A stretch of DNA of 61,779 nucleotides, counting the filler, from Nitrospinota bacterium (lineage in GTDB: Bacteria > JAUXIQ01): NCBI GenBank assembly GCA_030620925.1. It is 7 parts of 7 records of this genome, joined end to end, with 100 filler letters (N's around TTAATTAATTAA, not from the genome) between each part and the next. Parts side by side here need not be neighbours in the genome. Positions count along the whole stretch, not along the records: positions 50,932 to 61,779 come from JAUXIQ010000031.1; 6 more parts are not named here. One strand, given 5' to 3'. A model generated the notes under the pieces. The model was not told the origin of the DNA. It made no database searches and saw only the letters and a program-made list of their open reading frames with translations. Shown here in pieces: positions 59,778 through 61,779 of this stretch; position 1 is the first letter of the stretch, and every line of letters starts with the position of its first letter. The position numbers were made by a program, and so were the translations under genes.

Positions 59778-60860
59778 TTAGAAGAAGTGGACCTTTATGC
59801 CTATCTCTCTCAATATATCCCATATGTCTTCGACGGTTATGCTGTCCGCCTTTTCCAGAACTGAATCGGCACGTATCAGCACGCTCTTGAGTTCGGGCGC
59901 CAGTTCGTTGAAATTGTCAAGCGCCTCGGGTAGTTTTTCACTGGCAACGGAAAGGTTGTTGAGAGTCGTCGCCGCATCTTCAGCGATCTGAGGGGATTTC
60001 TGGCTGAACGCATTGCTTATACGCATGAGGTCCATCGAGAACTTATCAAATCGGCTGGAGTACTTGGGATAATCCTGTACGAGGCTTTCGCTCACCGTCC
60101 GAAGGTTGGTCGATATAGTGGAAATATCCTCCGCCATCTTTGGAGCGTGCTGTCTGAATATAGTCGTAGCCTCCTCTACGTTGGCTATGGTGCGCTCCAC
60201 GGACGGACGGTTGTCGGAAAATGCCTGGGAGGCTTCGTTTATAATCCGGTCCATGTTGTTCACCATACGATCTATACGGGGCTTGTTTTCCGAAACTAGA
60301 ATTTTGGCGTCGCCGGTTACGGATTCCAGGTTGGTTATTATGTTCCCGATGGCCTCCGATTTGCCCTCAAGTGATGAGGCGAGCGTTTTCACTATTATCC
60401 GCACGTCCCTGGGGTCTATCTCTTTAAATATCGGTCCCATTATGCTCACAAGCTGGTCTATCTCAACCGAAGAGACCGCTTCGGTTATCACGTCACCGTC
60501 CTTGAGCAGGGGGGCGGTTGTGGATACGGGCAATATGGCCAGGTACTTCTCGCCCAGCAGGCTCTTTGAGCGCACGGTTGCACTCACGTCGCTTCGTACG
60601 TCGAATTTTTTATCCAGGACGATGGTGAGGATGGCGTGGTCATGTTCCACCCCCAGCTCTTTCAGGCTTCCCACCTTCACACCGGCGATCATCACGTCGG
60701 CTTCCTGGACTAACCCTGAGGCGTCATCCAGCACCACCTGTACTTTCACCCCATCTTTTATCGAGATCCCTCCGATTTTCAGCGATAGATAGCCCAGGAT
60801 GGCGGCGGCGGCTATAATGAAAAGCCCCAGGGCGATCTCGTTTTTATAAGTCCTTCGCAT
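59778..60860 (-). CDS. mlaD: MCE/MlaD family protein with long helical extension
   Basis: N-terminal TM helix, ASGL...V.IAGVKVG and SLLGEKY. Confidence 0.88.
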   Translation of the reverse strand: MRRTYKNEIALGLFIIAAAAILGYLSLKIGGISIKDGVKVQVVLDDASGLVQEADVMIAGVKVGSLKELGVEHDHAILTIVLDKKFDVRSDVSATVRSKSLLGEKYLAILPVSTTAPLLKDGDVITEAVSSVEIDQLVSIMGPIFKEIDPRDVRIIVKTLASSLEGKSEAIGNIITNLESVTGDAKILVSENKPRIDRMVNNMDRIINEASQAFSDNRPSVERTIANVEEATTIFRQHAPKMAEDISTISTNLRTVSESLVQDYPKYSSRFDKFSMDLMRISNAFSQKSPQIAEDAATTLNNLSVASEKLPEALDNFNELAPELKSVLIRADSVLEKADSITVEDIWDILREIGIKVHFF

Positions 60861-60961
60861 TTTGATATCCTCCGGTTTAAGGAAAAGGTCATTATGAATG
60901 ACGGTCGGGCTCTTCTCCCATTATATTGATATTCTGTTCATCCCCTTCCTATAGAGACAAT

Positions 60962-61741
60962 TCATGTCCCGCGCCGCGAGATGTCTCTGGGTATTGGAAG
61001 TCTGCCCATCCCCTCCGCGAAACAGCGCGAAAAAAATTCCTTGAGAACAGGGTTTTCTGAGTGGGCTCTCTCTTCAGGTGTGCCGAACTCCAGGAGCTTG
61101 GTGTCGTAGAGCAGCCCCACCTTGTTTGCTATGGTCATTGTGCTGTATATATCGTGGCTGATTACCACGAAAGTGATGTTGAGCTTCCGGTGCATCTCCA
61201 ATATGAGCGCGTCTATGGCGTTGGCCGTTATGGGATCGAGGCCGGAAGAGGGCTCGTCGAAGAAAACTATCTCCGGCTCCAGGGCGATGGCTCTGGCGAG
61301 CCCAACGCGTTTGCGCATGCCGCCGCTCAGCTCGGACGGCATCATCTCTTCTATCCCTTCGAGTCCCACCAGGAACAGTTTTTCGGCCACTATTTTCTTT
61401 ACTTCGCTTTCCTTCTTCTTGGTATGCTGGACGATGGGGAAAGCCACGTTTTCCCCCACGGTGAAGGAGTCGAACAGGGCGCCGTCCTGGAAGAGCATCC
61501 CGAACTTGCACCTGAGCCTGTATATGTCTTTCTCGCTCATAACCGTGACGTCCTGCCCGTCGATCATTATCCGGCCCCGGTCGGGCTTGATGAGACCTAC
61601 TATTTGTTTAATGAGAACGCTCTTGCCCACTCCGCTGGGGCCTATGAAAACAGTTATCTTGCCCCCCTCTATATGGCAGGATACGGAGTCCAGCACTTTG
61701 TTATCTCCGAAGGATTTGGTTACGTCTATCAGTTCTATCAT
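60962..61741 (-). CDS. mlaF: MlaF-like ABC transporter ATP-binding protein
   Basis: GPSGVGKS, FQDGALFDS, LSGGMRKRVGLARA and DEPSSGLDP. Confidence 0.92.
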   Translation of the reverse strand: MIELIDVTKSFGDNKVLDSVSCHIEGGKITVFIGPSGVGKSVLIKQIVGLIKPDRGRIMIDGQDVTVMSEKDIYRLRCKFGMLFQDGALFDSFTVGENVAFPIVQHTKKKESEVKKIVAEKLFLVGLEGIEEMMPSELSGGMRKRVGLARAIALEPEIVFFDEPSSGLDPITANAIDALILEMHRKLNITFVVISHDIYSTMTIANKVGLLYDTKLLEFGTPEERAHSENPVLKEFFSRCFAEGMGRLPIPRDISRRGT

Positions 61742-61747
61742 TGCCGG

Positions 61748-61779
61748 TTAACCATACATCAGTTCGCTTAAAAAGTAAT
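61748..61779 (-). CDS. Probable C-terminus of MlaE permease (window edge)
   Basis: Reads YFLSELMYG* immediately upstream of mlaF. Confidence 0.5.
   Translation of the reverse strand, partial: YFLSELMYG

Overview
The window is an artificial concatenation of seven bacterial contig pieces joined by 100-nt spacers (N44-TTAATTAATTAA-N44), so gene adjacency is only meaningful within a piece. The gene content suggests a diderm, probably anaerobic organism resembling Deltaproteobacteria/Nitrospinota; this is inference. Piece 1: TPR tail of a cyclase/ATPase, a nested palindrome cluster, a BadH-like SDR and an enoyl-CoA hydratase. Piece 2: a xanthine-dehydrogenase-family Mo-hydroxylase cluster. Piece 3: tuf and the complete S10-spc-alpha ribosomal cluster, then ald. 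Piece 4: 5-FTHF cyclo-ligase, rny, ymdB, a Ni/Co permease, DUF1786 and two SDRs. Piece 5: a 4-subunit 2-oxoacid:ferredoxin oxidoreductase, PIG-L deacetylase, TrxB, a hydrolase and AsmA. Piece 6: oppD, rhomboid, acyl-CoA dehydrogenase, an AT-rich hypothetical pair, a cyclase, a tungsten AOR operon with MoaD, hpt and a rhodanese-MoeB. Piece 7: a GT-C membrane protein, Nudix, upp, a frameshifted flavin reductase, BtuF-like, M20 hydrolase, thermonuclease, an FmdB zinc ribbon and mlaDFE. The strongest hidden signal is an in-frame UGA exactly at the conserved Cys of the rhodanese-MoeB, followed by a SECIS-like hairpin. This points to a selenocysteine-containing sulfur-carrier activating enzyme next to a W-AOR/MoaD operon. 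Other highlights are a perfect CIRCE on a lone FmdB gene, a DPY19-like bacterial GT-C protein and a nested, covarying REP-like palindrome element.
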